Shown here: in pieces, positions 11,078 through 22,085 of the stretch | How the letters are laid out: the number at the start of each line of letters is the position of its first letter | How positions within the stretch are numbered: position 1 is the first letter of the stretch | Notes under the pieces: generated by a model | Databases searched by the model: none | Told to the model about the DNA's origin: nothing | Seen by the model: only the letters and a program-made list of their open reading frames with translations | From: an uncultured Acidobacteriaceae bacterium | GTDB lineage: Bacteria > Acidobacteriota > Terriglobia > Terriglobales > Acidobacteriaceae | NCBI GenBank assembly: GCA_963841125.1 | Contig: CAWJBH010000010.1 | Location: 161,049-225,048 of the forward strand | Direction of reading: 5' to 3' | DNA length: 64,000 nucleotides | Translations under genes and position numbers: made by a program

Positions 11078-11447
11078 CCCTAGGTTTGTGCCCGCTTCTT
11101 CAATAGTTTCTCTACCTGCTGCCGGTCAACACCAAGAGTACAACCATACGCGGCCGGCTTCCCGTGGGGCAAGGTCTTCGGGCCGTCCATGGCCATTTTC
11201 AGCCCATAGCGGTCTGTCGGGGGCAACAAACCTTAATTGAATGTCAATTTGAGACGGACAAAATCTGGAAATTCTAGGTTCAGATTATGCAATTCTTGAA
11301 AATCAGTCTTTCGCTTTAAGATTGCAGTGGGTTAGAATGGCGGCTTCCAAAATGCAGTGCAGTTCAAGCTTTGATCATGCGTCATCTGTTCAGCGCGGCC
11401 GGCGCGCACCCAGCGCGGGCTTAGCGCGTAAATCATTGGAGGACGGA

Positions 11448-13093
11448 ATGTCACTTTGTTCAACCTTCGGAAGGCCCGCATTGCAGTCGGCCTGTTAATT
11501 GCTCTGGCCGTAACGCTTATCTCGAGTCCTGCGCTGGCGCAGAGCGACTCGAATCCTAAATATGACGTATTCGTGGGATACCAATGGCTGCATCCGGGTG
11601 GGACAGTTCCCGCTGCCTTCGGCGATCCCAACAATCCCATTCCCTACGAGGTTCCAGACATGGCGAAGGGATCGGAGCGCAGCCTTCACCTACAATTTCG
11701 ATCCGCATTGGGGACGGGAATCCGACTTCGGTCACAACTGCAGCGGGAGCAGTCCATTGCCGGCTTCGCACGAAACCACAATTTCGATCGGGCCGCGCTT
11801 CATCTGGCGCACCGACAATGGAAATTATTTCTTGCATACTCTGGTGAGTCTGAATCGCGTAAGCGTCAACGGCCTGAACGCGAAGCAACGGCATCGGAGC
11901 CATCCTCGGTGGAGGAATGGATTTGCCATCTACAAGAATATTTCGTGGCGGCTGTTTGAAGCCGACTATGTCTGGGGCCGGCACAACTACTCCGATTTTG
12001 CGGCGCCCGATTTTCCCGATCTGCGCCGTCCTAGCTTCGAAGGAGTGCGCCTGCGCACCGGCGTTGTATTCAGCTTGGGTGGTGCGCCGAGCGCTAACTC
12101 CAGCCGCCAGTTGTTCGGTGCAGCCCACGGAAGTGATGGTGGGCGAGCCCATCACCGCGACCGTCACTGCCAGCAACTTCAATCCCAAGCACACGGTCAC
12201 TTATGCCTGGAGCGGCAACGGAGGTCAGGTCACGCGGGAAAGATACAACTGCGCAGATTGACACCAACGGCGTGGCTCCCGGCAGCTACACGGTCACAGC
12301 CCATGTGACCGATGCTAAAGAGAAAAAGAACAACGAAGCAAGCTGCTCGGCTAACTTCACAGTAAAGCCGCTGCCGCCGAAGAACCCGCCGACCATGAGC
12401 TGCACCGCCAGCCCGTCGAGCGTGCAGGCGGGGGCGAGCGTAACCGTAACCTGCAGCTGCACCAGCCCGGATGGCGTCCCGGTCTCGGTTTCAGACTGGA
12501 CGGCCAGCAGCGGAACTATTTCCGGCAGCGGCAGCGCGGCCACTCTGAACACTACCGGTGCATCTCCGGGTACGATCAGCGTCGGCGCTACCTGCACCGA
12601 CTCGCGCGGTCTGACCGGCCAGGCCACGGCGCAAGTGACGGTGGAGAATCCGCCGCCGCCTCCGCCGAAGGCTTCCAAACTCAGCCAGTGCGACTTCCCC
12701 AACGAGAAGAAGCCCTGGCGCGTCGACAACACCTGCAAGGCTATCCTGGATGACGTGGCCAAGAACCTGCAGCAGAACCCCGACAACAAGCTGGTGATCG
12801 TCGGGAATGCCGAGCCGGCAGAAAAACGGAAGAATCTGGCGGCGGAACGCGCCGTCGATTCCAAGTTCTATCTGACGGAGGGCGAAGCCCAGCAGCACAT
12901 TGATGCCAGCCGCATCGAAGTGCGCACCGGCAGCGGTGGCACCAAGACGGCCGAGTACTGGATCGTGCCTCCGGGCGCGACCTTCGACTCGACCGGCACC
13001 GAACCTGTGGACGAGGCCAAAGTGCCAGCGGTTCCGGATCATCCCAAGCCGATGGCCAAGAAGAAAGCGGCTGCCAAGAAGAAGGGAAACTGA
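11448..13093 (+). CDS. OmpA-family outer membrane protein (N-terminal beta-barrel, Cys-containing Ig-like repeats, C-terminal OmpA-like domain), at least 4 frame switches
   Basis: GGAGGA at 11438 then ATG at 11448. Signal peptide RKARIAVGLLIALAVTLISSPALAQ. Barrel-like YDVFVGYQWLHPGG and FEADYVWGRHNYSDF. Repeats such as SCSANFTVKP and MSCTASPSSVQAGASVTVTCSC. C-terminal ILDDVAKNLQQNPDNKLVIVGNAEP...NLAAERAVDSKFYL. Confidence 0.7.
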
Positions 13094-13116
13094 GATTGCA
13101 GCGAGCAGTCGAAAGG

Positions 13117-13148
13117 GCCGGTCGGCGATGTCGACCGGCTCTTTTTTA
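13117..13148 (+). terminator. Rho-independent terminator after the OmpA-family gene
   Basis: Stem GCCGGTCG / CGACCGGC with a 7-nt loop, followed by TCTTTTTTA. Confidence 0.8.
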
Positions 13149-13237
13149 TGCGTGTCCTTCAGTAACTTGCTGGCGTCGGGATTACCCTGTCAGGCTGGGT
13201 CGAGATCCAACTCTTCTCGGCTTGGGGATGAACCACT

Positions 13238-15240
13238 ATGAAATCTGCTTGGCTTAAGTTGTTGACAATGTTGATGTTAGCTTCCGATGTGCGCGGTGGC
13301 CGCGGGAGCGCGCCAATGGACCGTTCTGGGTCCGGATGGAGGCGATGTCCGCAGTCTGGCCTACGATCCGCATGACCCGAACCGCGTTTTCCTGGGCACC
13401 AGCACGGGGTGATTTTCGTCTCCGAGGATGGTGGCCATACCTGGTCGCGGTTTGCCAAGCTAGGCAGCGGCGACGACTACGTGCTCGATCACATCGCCAT
13501 CGATCCGCACAACTCCAAGACCATTTTCGTTTCCGCGTGGAGCGTGCAGGACCAGAGTGCCGGCGACATTTTCCGCACCCACAACGGCGGCAAGGACTGG
13601 GAAGCTCTGTCCGCGATGCACGGCAAATCGGTCCGCGCCATGGCGATTTCGGCTTCCGACCCAAAGTACGTTAGTGGCGGGCGCCCTGGATGGCGTCTAC
13701 CGCAGCAACGATGGCGGCAAATGACTGGCAGCGAATTTCTCTGAGCGACGGCATTGTCAAGAACATCGAGTCCATCGCGGTCGATCCTAAAGATCCCAAC
13801 GTGGTCTATGCCGGCACCTGGCACCTGGCGTGGAAGACCAGCGACGGCGGCGCCAACTGGCAGCACATCAACAAGGGCATGATCGACGATTCCGATGTCT
13901 TCTCCATCATCGTCAGTTCCGGCGAATCCTTCCGAAGTCTTCGCCAGCGCCTGCTCCGGCATTTACAAGAGCACCAGCGGCGGCGATCAGTTCCAGAAAA
14001 TTCAGGGCATTCCCTTCACCGCGCGGCGCACGCGCGTTCTCAAGCAGGATCCCAGCAACCCGGCTGATCGTCTATGCCGGAACCACCGAAGGTCTGTGGA
14101 AGAGCGTCGACGAGGGCAAGAACTGGAAGCGCGCCAGCAACCCCGAAGTGGTGGTGAATGATGTTCTGATCGATCCGCGCAACTCGCAGCGCGTGCTGCT
14201 CGCGACCGACCGCAGCGGCGTGCTGGCCAGCGACGACTCCGCCGCCAGTTTCTCGACTTCGAACCACGGATACACTCACCGTTACGTCAGCGCGATCCTG
14301 GCTGACAGCAAAGAACCCAACACGCTTTACATCGGTGTGGTGAACGACCGCGAGTTCGGCGGCGTGTTCTTCACCCACGACGGCGGACAAACCTGGCAGC
14401 AGAAAAGCAAGGGTCTGGACGGGCGCGACGTTTTCACGCTGAAACAATCCAGCAACGGAACGCTGGTGGCAGGAACCAACAAAGGCGTGTTTGAACTCGC
14501 TCCGACCTATCTGTACTGGCATCCCATCAACAACGTCGTTGTCGAGAAGACGGTCTCGCGTACGGTGAAGTTGAAGAGCGGGAAAACCAAGACTGTGACT
14601 TCCACCTCCAGCACCCGCTCGATTCTGGAAGGCCGGGTCAGCGATGCTGACCTGCGAATCGAGACACTGGTTTGCGGCAACTTCGGCCGGACTGTTCATC
14701 AGCAAGGACCAAGGCAAGATCTGGATGGGCGGCCCCATCGCAGGTCAGCAGGATTTCGTTTCGGTGCAGGCGCAGGAAGGCCTGGTAGTCGCCGCGACGC
14801 GCTCCAGCGTGCTGGTTTCTCAGCAATGCAGGAGCGGCCTGGCAGCCCGCCGCGCTGGCTTCTTATCCCATTAACGTTCGCAGCGTGACCGTGACGCCGG
14901 ATGGCCAGATCTTCGTCGCCACCCGCGAAGGCGCTTTCCACAGCGCGGATTCCGGCCAGAGCTGGAACCACGTCGTGGCCGGCTTGCCCGACAAGGACAT
15001 CACATCGGTGACCTATGACGGCAGCCATAAACGGTTGCTCGCAACCAGCGGCCAGACCGGCGTCGTGTTCGAAAGCAGCCGATGGTGGCAGCACCTGGCA
15101 GCGTGGACCGGATTCCGGCTTCCCTCTGCGCCACATCAGCGTGGTGCACGGGCGTTACGTTGGCGGCGACTCCGTTTGACGGTGTGATCGCGCAGCCGGA
15201 GAACGAAGCGCAGAGCGCCGATGCCGGCGGTTCCAACTAG
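13238..15240 (+). CDS. BNR/Asp-box repeat beta-propeller protein (sortilin/Ycf48-like), at least 7 frame switches
   Basis: Signal-like MKSAWLKLLTMLMLA. Repeated SxDxGxTW boxes: SEDGGHTWS, THNGGKDWE, SNDGG..W, TSDGGANWQ, STSGGDQFQ, SVDEGKNWK, THDGGQTWQ, SKDQGKIWM, SADSGQSWN. Spread over ORFs 13409, 13690, 13895, 13830, 14644 and 14885. Confidence 0.75.
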
Positions 15241-15267
15241 CACGCAGTTTCTAGCCCGAACCCCGTT

Positions 15268-15302
15268 CGCGGAGAGCGCTAACGCTCTCCGCGATTTGTT
15301 TT
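15268..15302. terminator. Hairpin terminator between convergent genes
   Basis: Perfect 11-bp stem CGCGGAGAGCG / CGCTCTCCGCG with loop CTAA, followed by ATTTGTTTTG. Confidence 0.8.
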
Positions 15303-15338
15303 GCGGCGGCGGGATCGATGGTTTGCTGCGATTCGCCG

Positions 15339-15878
15339 CTATTTTGATTTGCTTTCCCACGCGACTCTCAAGAGTTCGTAGAAGAGCAGGACACGACCGC
15401 TAACCGGAACCTCTTCCTGGCTAACACAGTTGAACCCGAACTTCTGCAAAATGTGTTCTGACGCTGCATTCCCTTGTTCAACGTCGGCCAGAAGACGCAG
15501 CAATTCAAGTCGCGTAAAAGCGACTTCAATAAAGGCCTGCGAAGCCTCCAGGGCAAACCCTCGTCGCTAGTAAGGCCGGGCAAAATAGTATCCGAGGTGC
15601 GCAGATCTCCCGTCCTCGGCCGCCCGAAGGCCACAACACCCTATGTATTTTCCTTCTTCTCTAAGGATCGCGGCCCATAGACCGAAAGTCTCCCTCGGCC
15701 GCCCGAGATATTCATTCCGAAAACGAGACTGCGCCTTTTCCAAAGGCCAAGGTCGCCCTCCCACATAACGCCGCACTTCTGAATCGGTGTGCATGGCAAC
15801 AGAGTTGGCCTTATCCTTTGCCTCCGTGGGCCCTGAAAATAACCGTTCCGTCTCAGAAAAATCATGGTTCGCTCGCAC
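15339..15878 (-). CDS. GNAT-family N-acetyltransferase (RimJ/RimL-like), one frame switch near 15570
   Basis: ORF 15567..15878 ends ...GKYIGCCGLRAAEDGRSAHLGYYFARPY. The next frame gives WRRGFALEASQAFIEVAFTRLELLRLLADVEQGNAASEHILQKFGF, a GNAT motif A/B pattern. Stop at 15339. Confidence 0.65.
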
Positions 15879-16059
15879 TGCATCACTACTCGGCCTCTCG
15901 AGTATCCCACGATGAGCCGAGAAGCTCTCGACGGCGAATCAAGCAACTTCTACACGGATGGTTTGCCCCGCGCCCCGCATCTGCTTGATTCCCTTACTAC
16001 TGCTCTGGTACTTCATTTGCCACTATGAGAGACCAGAAAGCCGCGCGACCATATATGCG

Positions 16060-16715
16060 ATGAAGCGATTCCTTCGATCCCGGCCCGTCTTCGGAGTGCT
16101 TTGCCTGACTCTGGCCCTGAGCGTGAATCAGGATGTGCGCGTCTCCGGACCCTTGCACCGCGGCGATACAGGTTCTCGCCGCCAGCGGACAAAAGCTTCC
16201 GTTCCATCCCGACACCGATCAGGACTCGGCCAGCGAGGGCACACATCCGGCAGTCTCGCCCGAACTCAATGCGACGGGCGCGCTTGCCCTTCCGCGTCGG
16301 ATCGCATAACCATATTTTGCCCTCCGGAACTCTTCTCACGGTTCAACTGGAAGAGGCTCTTTCACCGCGAAGGTTCGTGCCGGCGACCCCTTCGTGGCGC
16401 TCTGTTGCCCCCGCCCTCGCAATTGACGGCGATTCACTCATCGAGCGTGGCGCCATGGCCACCGGGCACATCGAATCCGTGCGCGCGGGCGCGGGCTCTG
16501 GCTATTTCCAGCTGACCTTGACCGCGATCACCGTCGAGGGCAGACCGCTTGCTCTCCAGACGTCAAGCCTGTTTGCCCGGGGTACCGTCCAGCCGCCAGA
16601 CGAGATTAGAGTGCAGAAGGGCCGCCGTCTGACTTTCCGCCTGACGTCGCCGGTCCTGATCGACGAACTCGAAGCTCTGGCTAATCGGCAATTCCCCGGC
16701 TCGAGCAGCCAATAA
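16060..16715 (+). CDS. Hypothetical secreted protein, at least 2 frame switches
   Basis: MKRFLRSRPVFGVLCLTLALSV signal peptide. The C-terminal part (ORF 16101..16715) reads LPSGTLLTVQLEEALS...IERGAMATGHIESVRAGAGSGYFQLTLTAITVEGRPLALQTSSLFARG...GRRLTFRLTSPV. No family name I can give with confidence. Confidence 0.45.
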
Positions 16716-16997
16716 GACGGTCCCATTCCTCGCAATTTTGGCTGTCCGAGCTTTTGAGACTGCAATTGCTTCCCGTATTCCACAGAAAATAAATCACTTC
16801 TAGAGTTTTCCACAGGCAATTCCCAATTTTGAGTGACATCTGCCCTTCGCAACCCCAGATTGACCCTCCTATAGTGGGCTCGAAGTCGGAAGGCGGATGC
16901 AACGGCAGACGCTTTACTCCCGTTTCGGGAACACGGAGGTATCGGATAGCCCATCGTGGGCTTCCTTCCGGGAATCGTCCCGCGCGACAGTAGCTCT

Positions 16998-18249
16998 ATG
17001 AATACCGCAACCCCATTTCCGTGGTCAGACGCTCCGGCAGGAGAGAACCAGGCACTGACTTTCCGCGCTGCCTTCGAAAACGCTCCCATCGCCGTGGCCC
17101 GTTGCAATCCGCAAGGGGTGATCGTCGAGATGAATCCAGCCTTCGAGCGCACTCTGGACCGCAGCGTGGCCGGCCGGCGCAAGTTGCGGCTCTGCGAATT
17201 GGTTCGTCCCCAGGACCGCGACAAAACGGAGCTGCTGCTGCGCGAACTCCTCGATTCCCGGCGCGACCGCATTGCCATCGAAGCCCGAAGTCGCTGGCTA
17301 CTGGGCAGATCAGCGCGAAGTGGATCGCATGGCGTCAGCCCGGATGCGCGAGGCGAGCCCGACCACGCTTTGCTGATGGCAGAGCAAGTCAGCGAGGCGG
17401 TTCCCGTGGAGGAAAGCCCGCTTCAAGCCCAGCGCTGGGAGGCCGTTGGTCGCCTGACCGGAGGCGTGGTCCACGATTTCAACAACCTGTTGACCGGCGT
17501 CATGCTGTATTGCGATCTGCTGCTCTCGAGCCTGGATGTGCGCGACCGCCGGCGCCGCTATGCCGATGAGATTCGCTCCGCCATCGTGCAGGCCACCGGC
17601 TTGGTGCGGCAGTTGCTCGTTTTCGCCCGGCCGCAGCCCACGCCCGCCCGCGTCTTTTCGCCTCAACGAGATCGACCCAGGCCATGCAGGATCTGCTGAC
17701 TCGCCTGATCGGCGAAAACATTGCGCTCGAACTGCATCTCGATCCCGAACTCGGCGCCGGTCAAAATCGACCAGGCGCAGGCCCAGCAGATCCTCCTGAA
17801 CCTGGTCCTGAATGCTCGCGACGCTCTCCCCAGCGGCGGCCGCATCACCGTCGAGACCAGCAACTGCAAGATTCCAACCCGTAGCCGGGACGGTGCCCAG
17901 CCGGCGCCGCCTGCTTTTCCTTGTGTTCTGCTCGTGGTCGGCGACAACGGTTGCGGCATGGACGCAGAAACCCGTCAGCGCCTTTTCGAGCCATTCTTTA
18001 CCACCAAGAACGCGGGCCAGGGCACCGGCTTGGGATTGACTACGGTCCGCAGCATCGTCACCACCAATCGGCGGACTCATCCACTTCGAAAGCGAACCCG
18101 GCCGCGGCACTCGCGTGATGATCTTGCTCCCCCGAGCATCTCAGCCTGCCGAGATTTTTCCGACAGATCCTCTGGATCCTGCCCATCCAGATTCAGGGCC
18201 CGCGTCATCAACACCATTTCACGAAATCAAGAAGGAATCACTCTTATGA
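16998..18249 (+). CDS. PAS-domain sensor histidine kinase, at least 3 frame switches
   Basis: PAS FENAPIAVARCNPQGVIVEMNPAFERTL. H-box GRLTGGVVHDFNNLLTGV, N-box QILLNLVLNARDA, G-box VGDNGCGMD...FEPFFTTK..GQGTGLGL. The reconstructed tail GGLIHFESEPGRGTRVMILLP ends at the TGA at 18247-18249. Confidence 0.8.
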
Positions 18250-18289
18250 CATCAGCCGCCGTAACTCACTCGCATCTGCCACTCCTCAA

Positions 18290-19663
18290 ATGATGGCCGC
18301 CAATTTTCTCAACCTCCTCATCGTCGACGACGAACGCTCCATCCGCGACGCTTGCCGCGAGGTCGCACTATCGCTCGGCTTCATCGCTCATGTTGCCGAT
18401 TCCGCCGAACATGCCTACCGCCTGCTGCAAACCCAGACCATCGACGCCATTCTGCTGGACCTGCGCTTGCCCGGCGCCGGCGGCCTGGAGGCTCTCCGCC
18501 ATATCAAGGCGCAGCGTCCCGAAGCTCTGGTGATCGTGGTGACCGGCTACGGCACGGTGCAGTCCGCCGTGCAGGCCATGAAGAATGGCGCTTACGAATA
18601 CGTCACCAAGCCCTTCAGCATCGACGAACTCAAGCTCTTGCTCGAGCGCGTCTCGAATCACCTCAAGCTGAAAAGCGAGAACCGCATGCTGCGCGAGAAG
18701 CTCAAATCCAAGCAGGGTTACGGCGGCATCGTCGGCCGCGCCCCGGAGATGGAAAAGCTCTACCGCATCATCGCCAAAGCCGCCAACAGCTCCCACCCCG
18801 TGCTGATTCTCGGCGAGAGTGGCACCGGCAAGGAAATGGTGGCGCGCTCCATTCATTACTCCGGACCGTTCCACGACAAGCCGTTCATTCCCGTCGATTG
18901 CGGCTCGCTCGTGCCCACGCTGATCGAGAGCGAACTGTTCGGCTACGTAAAAGGAGCGTTCACCGGCGCCAATCAGGCCAAGGACGGACTGCTCGCTATC
19001 GCCGAAGGTGGAACCGTATTTCTCGACGAAGTCGGCGAACTGCCCGTCGACCTTCAGGCCAAACTTCTTCGCGCCATTCAGGAAAAGGAGATTCGCCCGG
19101 TCGGCAGCACCCGCCGCATTCCCATCAACGTCCGCATCCTCGCCGCCACCAACCGCGTCCTGGAGCAGGCCGTGACTGAAGGCGCATTCCGCCGCGACTT
19201 GTATTTCCGCCTCAACGTCCTCAGCCTGCGCATTCCGCCTCTGCGCGAACGTCGCGAGGATATCCCTTTGCTGATCGCTCATTTTATGGAGCGCTCCTCG
19301 CGCGCCTCCGGCCAGGAAAAAATCCTCACCGACGAGGCCATCAAAGTCATGCTGGCCTATGACTGGCCGGGCAACGTCCGCGAACTGGAAAACTGCCTGG
19401 AGCGCACCTGCGCTTTCACCAGCGGACCGTTGATCCATGTGCCTGACCTGCCTCCGGCCATTGCCGGCGCGCAGATCGCGGCGCCGTCCAACGGGAACGG
19501 ACACAGCCAGACCAAGATCGTTCCCATGGCGGAACTGGAACGGCAGACCATCCTCAGCGCCATCGCCGAACTCAACGGCGACAAGTTGCAAGCCGCCCGC
19601 CTGCTCGGCATCGGCAAGACAACTCTGTACCGCAAGCTGAAAGACTACGCGGCCCAGATTTAG
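18290..19663 (+). CDS. Sigma-54-dependent response regulator (NtrC family), intact
   Basis: 457-aa ORF. Receiver LLIVDDERSIRD...ILLDLRLPGAGG. AAA+ VLILGESGTGKEMVAR, GAFTGA and ESELFGYVKGAFTG. HTH KLQAARLLGIGKTTLYRKLKDY. Confidence 0.92.
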   Translation: MMAANFLNLLIVDDERSIRDACREVALSLGFIAHVADSAEHAYRLLQTQTIDAILLDLRLPGAGGLEALRHIKAQRPEALVIVVTGYGTVQSAVQAMKNGAYEYVTKPFSIDELKLLLERVSNHLKLKSENRMLREKLKSKQGYGGIVGRAPEMEKLYRIIAKAANSSHPVLILGESGTGKEMVARSIHYSGPFHDKPFIPVDCGSLVPTLIESELFGYVKGAFTGANQAKDGLLAIAEGGTVFLDEVGELPVDLQAKLLRAIQEKEIRPVGSTRRIPINVRILAATNRVLEQAVTEGAFRRDLYFRLNVLSLRIPPLRERREDIPLLIAHFMERSSRASGQEKILTDEAIKVMLAYDWPGNVRELENCLERTCAFTSGPLIHVPDLPPAIAGAQIAAPSNGNGHSQTKIVPMAELERQTILSAIAELNGDKLQAARLLGIGKTTLYRKLKDYAAQI

Positions 19664-19863
19664 ACCGTTCTAGATTCGGCGTGAACTAAGGCATGCGTGG
19701 CATCCTTCGGCATTCGACTCGAGATGACACGCGATAAAACGTTCGCTTTTGAAATAAATTCGACCCACGCACGTTCCGTACGGGACAGCGCGATCCGCAT
19801 CACCCTCTAACCCCATCTTTTCAACGCGCCCAACTGTGGTGCGCTGGCGTGCAATAAAGAAGC

Positions 19864-20350
19864 ATGATTCTACTCATAACCCCTTCGGCACGCGGCCAGG
19901 AATGCGCAGCCACTCTAAAAGAGGCCACCGGCGAAGAAACCCACTGGGCGGAGAATCTGCCGCAAGCCGTAGCCCGCCTGCGCGAACAAACCTACTCCGC
20001 CGTGGTTCTCGATCAGTTCCTTTTAGAGAACGAGCCCGCCGAAAGCGACCAGGTGCTCGAGCATCTGGGCACAGCCTTCCCCGTTTACCTGAACTTTGCC
20101 GTCAGCGGCATGGAGCGCCTGCTGCGCGAGGTCCGCTCCGCGCTCCATCGCCGCAAGCGTGAAGAAACCCAGGCCCGCCGCTCCGTCGAGCAACAGATTC
20201 GCAGCGAAATGTGCGAATCACTCACGGTCATGCTGCTCTCCTGCGAACTGGCCATGTCCGTGCCCGGCGTTCCCGCTCCTGCCGCCGAAAAAATCCGCGC
20301 TGATCGACAATCTCGCCCGCGACATGCGCCTGAGACTGGGCGCGAACTGA
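19864..20350 (+). CDS. Receiver-like domain protein with a His-less DHp-like helix, one frame switch near 20300
   Basis: MILLITPS...AVVLDQFLL looks like a degenerate receiver with no acidic pair after beta1. It is followed by RRKREETQARRSVEQQIRSEMCESLTVMLLSCELA. The tail, reconstructed from ORF 20096, is AAEKIRALIDNLARDMRLRLGAN*. Confidence 0.4.
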
Positions 20351-20545
20351 TTCGTCGTTTGAAGACGGGACGTTATCGGTCATATCCGCCACCGCCTTGC
20401 GGACAGTATATGCAAGACTGTGCAGATGCCTCAGTCTCTCCAAGAAAAGTTTTCGCGTTCCTGCCCCATTCGCACTAGAATAGGCCAGCGCCGCACGCTG
20501 GACGCCGCATCCGCTGCGGCATCCCACACACTTCCGGAGGCTCTC

Positions 20546-21668
20546 GTGCACGTTCTGGTCACAGCCGATACCATGTCCGGCTCCTGGACCTACACTCGGG
20601 AACTGGTCACCGGGCTGGTCACTCGCGGTGTCCGGGTCACGCTGGTCAGCTTCGGCGAGATTCCCCTACCCGAGCAAACCGCATGGATGGATCTTCTTCA
20701 CGGCCTCGAGTATCGCCCTACCGCCTTCCGCCTGGAGTGGATGGACGACGCGCCGCAAGATCTTGACCGAGTCCTCGGATTCCTGGCCAGCCTGGTCCGC
20801 GAGGTTCACCCGGACCTGCTTCACCTCCACCAGTTCTGCCACGGCAATCTCCCCGTCGATGTTCCGCGCGTAGTGATGGTCCACGGCGACCTCATCAGTT
20901 GGGCCGAAGCCGTGCAGGGTTGCAGCCGCGTCCCACGCGCTGGCTGAAGTGGTATCGCGAAACCATCGTCCGCGGCATTGCTGCCGCCGATGCCGTAGTC
21001 GCGCCCTCGGCCTGCATGCTCGACACGCTTATCTCCACCTATACCCGCCCCCGACGCGCAGCCATAATCTATCCCGGCCGCAATCCCATCTTCTTTAATC
21101 CCTACGTCAGCAAAGACGATTCCGTGCTCTCAGTCGGCCGCCTGCTCGATGCCGGCAAGCAGGTCTTCCTTCTCACGCAACACACCCATCCGTTCTCCGT
21201 GTGCATCGTGGGCGCGGAGCAAACCGTTCCGATGCCGCAGCATTCCGATCCGCGCGGATGTGAAGGTCTACAACCGATGCAGAGCTGCGTCGCCATCCGC
21301 GGTGCCCAGACCGAAGCTCAATTGCGCAGCTCTCTACAGTCGCGCCGCTATCTATGCGGCCACTTCTCGTTATGAGCCGCTCGGCATGGCTGCGCTTGAT
21401 GCTGCTTTCTCCCGTTGCGCCATCGTCGCTAACGATATTCCCAGCTTCCGCGAAGTTCTGGGGCGACGCCGCCCTTTACTTCCGCACGAACGATGCCCGC
21501 AGTCTGGCTGAGACCCTTAGCCGGCTCGATGCTGACCGCGCCCTGCGCCACGCCTATGCCGATCGCGCCTACACCCGAGCCCGCGAACGCTTCACCACAA
21601 AACGCATGATCGACGACTACCTCGATCTCTACCGCGCCCTGGTTTCCGCCAATTCTTTAGCCGCCTGA
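20546..21668 (+). CDS. Glycosyltransferase family 4 (GT-B fold), at least 3 frame switches
   Basis: GGAGG at 20536 then GTG at 20546. VHVLVTADTMSGSWTYTRELVTGL...HPDLLHLHQF. C-terminal AAIYAATSRYEPLGMAALDAAFSRCAIVANDIPSFREV (the E-x7-E region) and FTTKRMIDDYLDLY. Confidence 0.75.
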
Positions 21669-21696
21669 TGAGGTCTGGACCATTCTGGATCAAGTG

Positions 21697-21737
21697 GGGA
21701 CGGCCGCCTCGGCCGTCCAGACGAGCGTAGCCGGCTC
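21697..21737. repeat. GGACGGCCGCC-TCGGCCGTCC hairpin repeat with GAGCG tail (family also at 37698-37791 and 55138-55177)
   Basis: ggggacggccgcctcggccgtccagacgagcgtagccggctc has a 9-bp stem GGACGGCCG / CGGCCGTCC. It lies directly downstream of the glycosyltransferase stop. Confidence 0.7.
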
Positions 21738-21823
21738 TAACCTATTCTCCGCGACACCCACCCTGGCTTAGTGGTATCTTTCTAGCCTTACTAGAAACCC
21801 GTAAGGTTGGAGGAATCAAAATC

Positions 21824-22054
21824 ATGGCTCAGGTAAAGATCACAGTCCGTCCCAATGGCCCCTACCGCGTAGAAGCAGCTGAAGGCTCGGTTGAACTTGT
21901 CGACGTCAACGGAACCCAGTACGACCTCACCGGCAAGCCTGCGTTTTCTCTCTGCCGTTGCGGCGGCTCGGTGAACAAACCTTTTTGTGACGGTGCGCAC
22001 AGCCGCATCGGATTTCAAGGCGCAGAACTGGCGGTAAAGAAGGCTGAAAGCTAG
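21824..22054 (+). CDS. CDGSH iron-sulfur domain protein
   Basis: Intact 76-aa ORF with CRCGGSVNKPFCDGAH, the CDGSH 2Fe-2S signature. GGAGGA lies 8 nt upstream. Confidence 0.88.
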   Translation: MAQVKITVRPNGPYRVEAAEGSVELVDVNGTQYDLTGKPAFSLCRCGGSVNKPFCDGAHSRIGFQGAELAVKKAES

Positions 22055-22085
22055 AAGCGAGAAGCCAGAAGCCAAGAGCTCTCAC

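Noticed and set aside
19687-19705. Sigma-54 promoter-like TGGCATccttcGGCAT downstream of the second NtrC-type regulator
   Set aside because: The GG and GC elements are one nucleotide too close compared with TGGCAC-N5-TTGC, and the -12 region is GGCA rather than TTGC. This is tempting given the indel errors, but the sequence as given does not support it.
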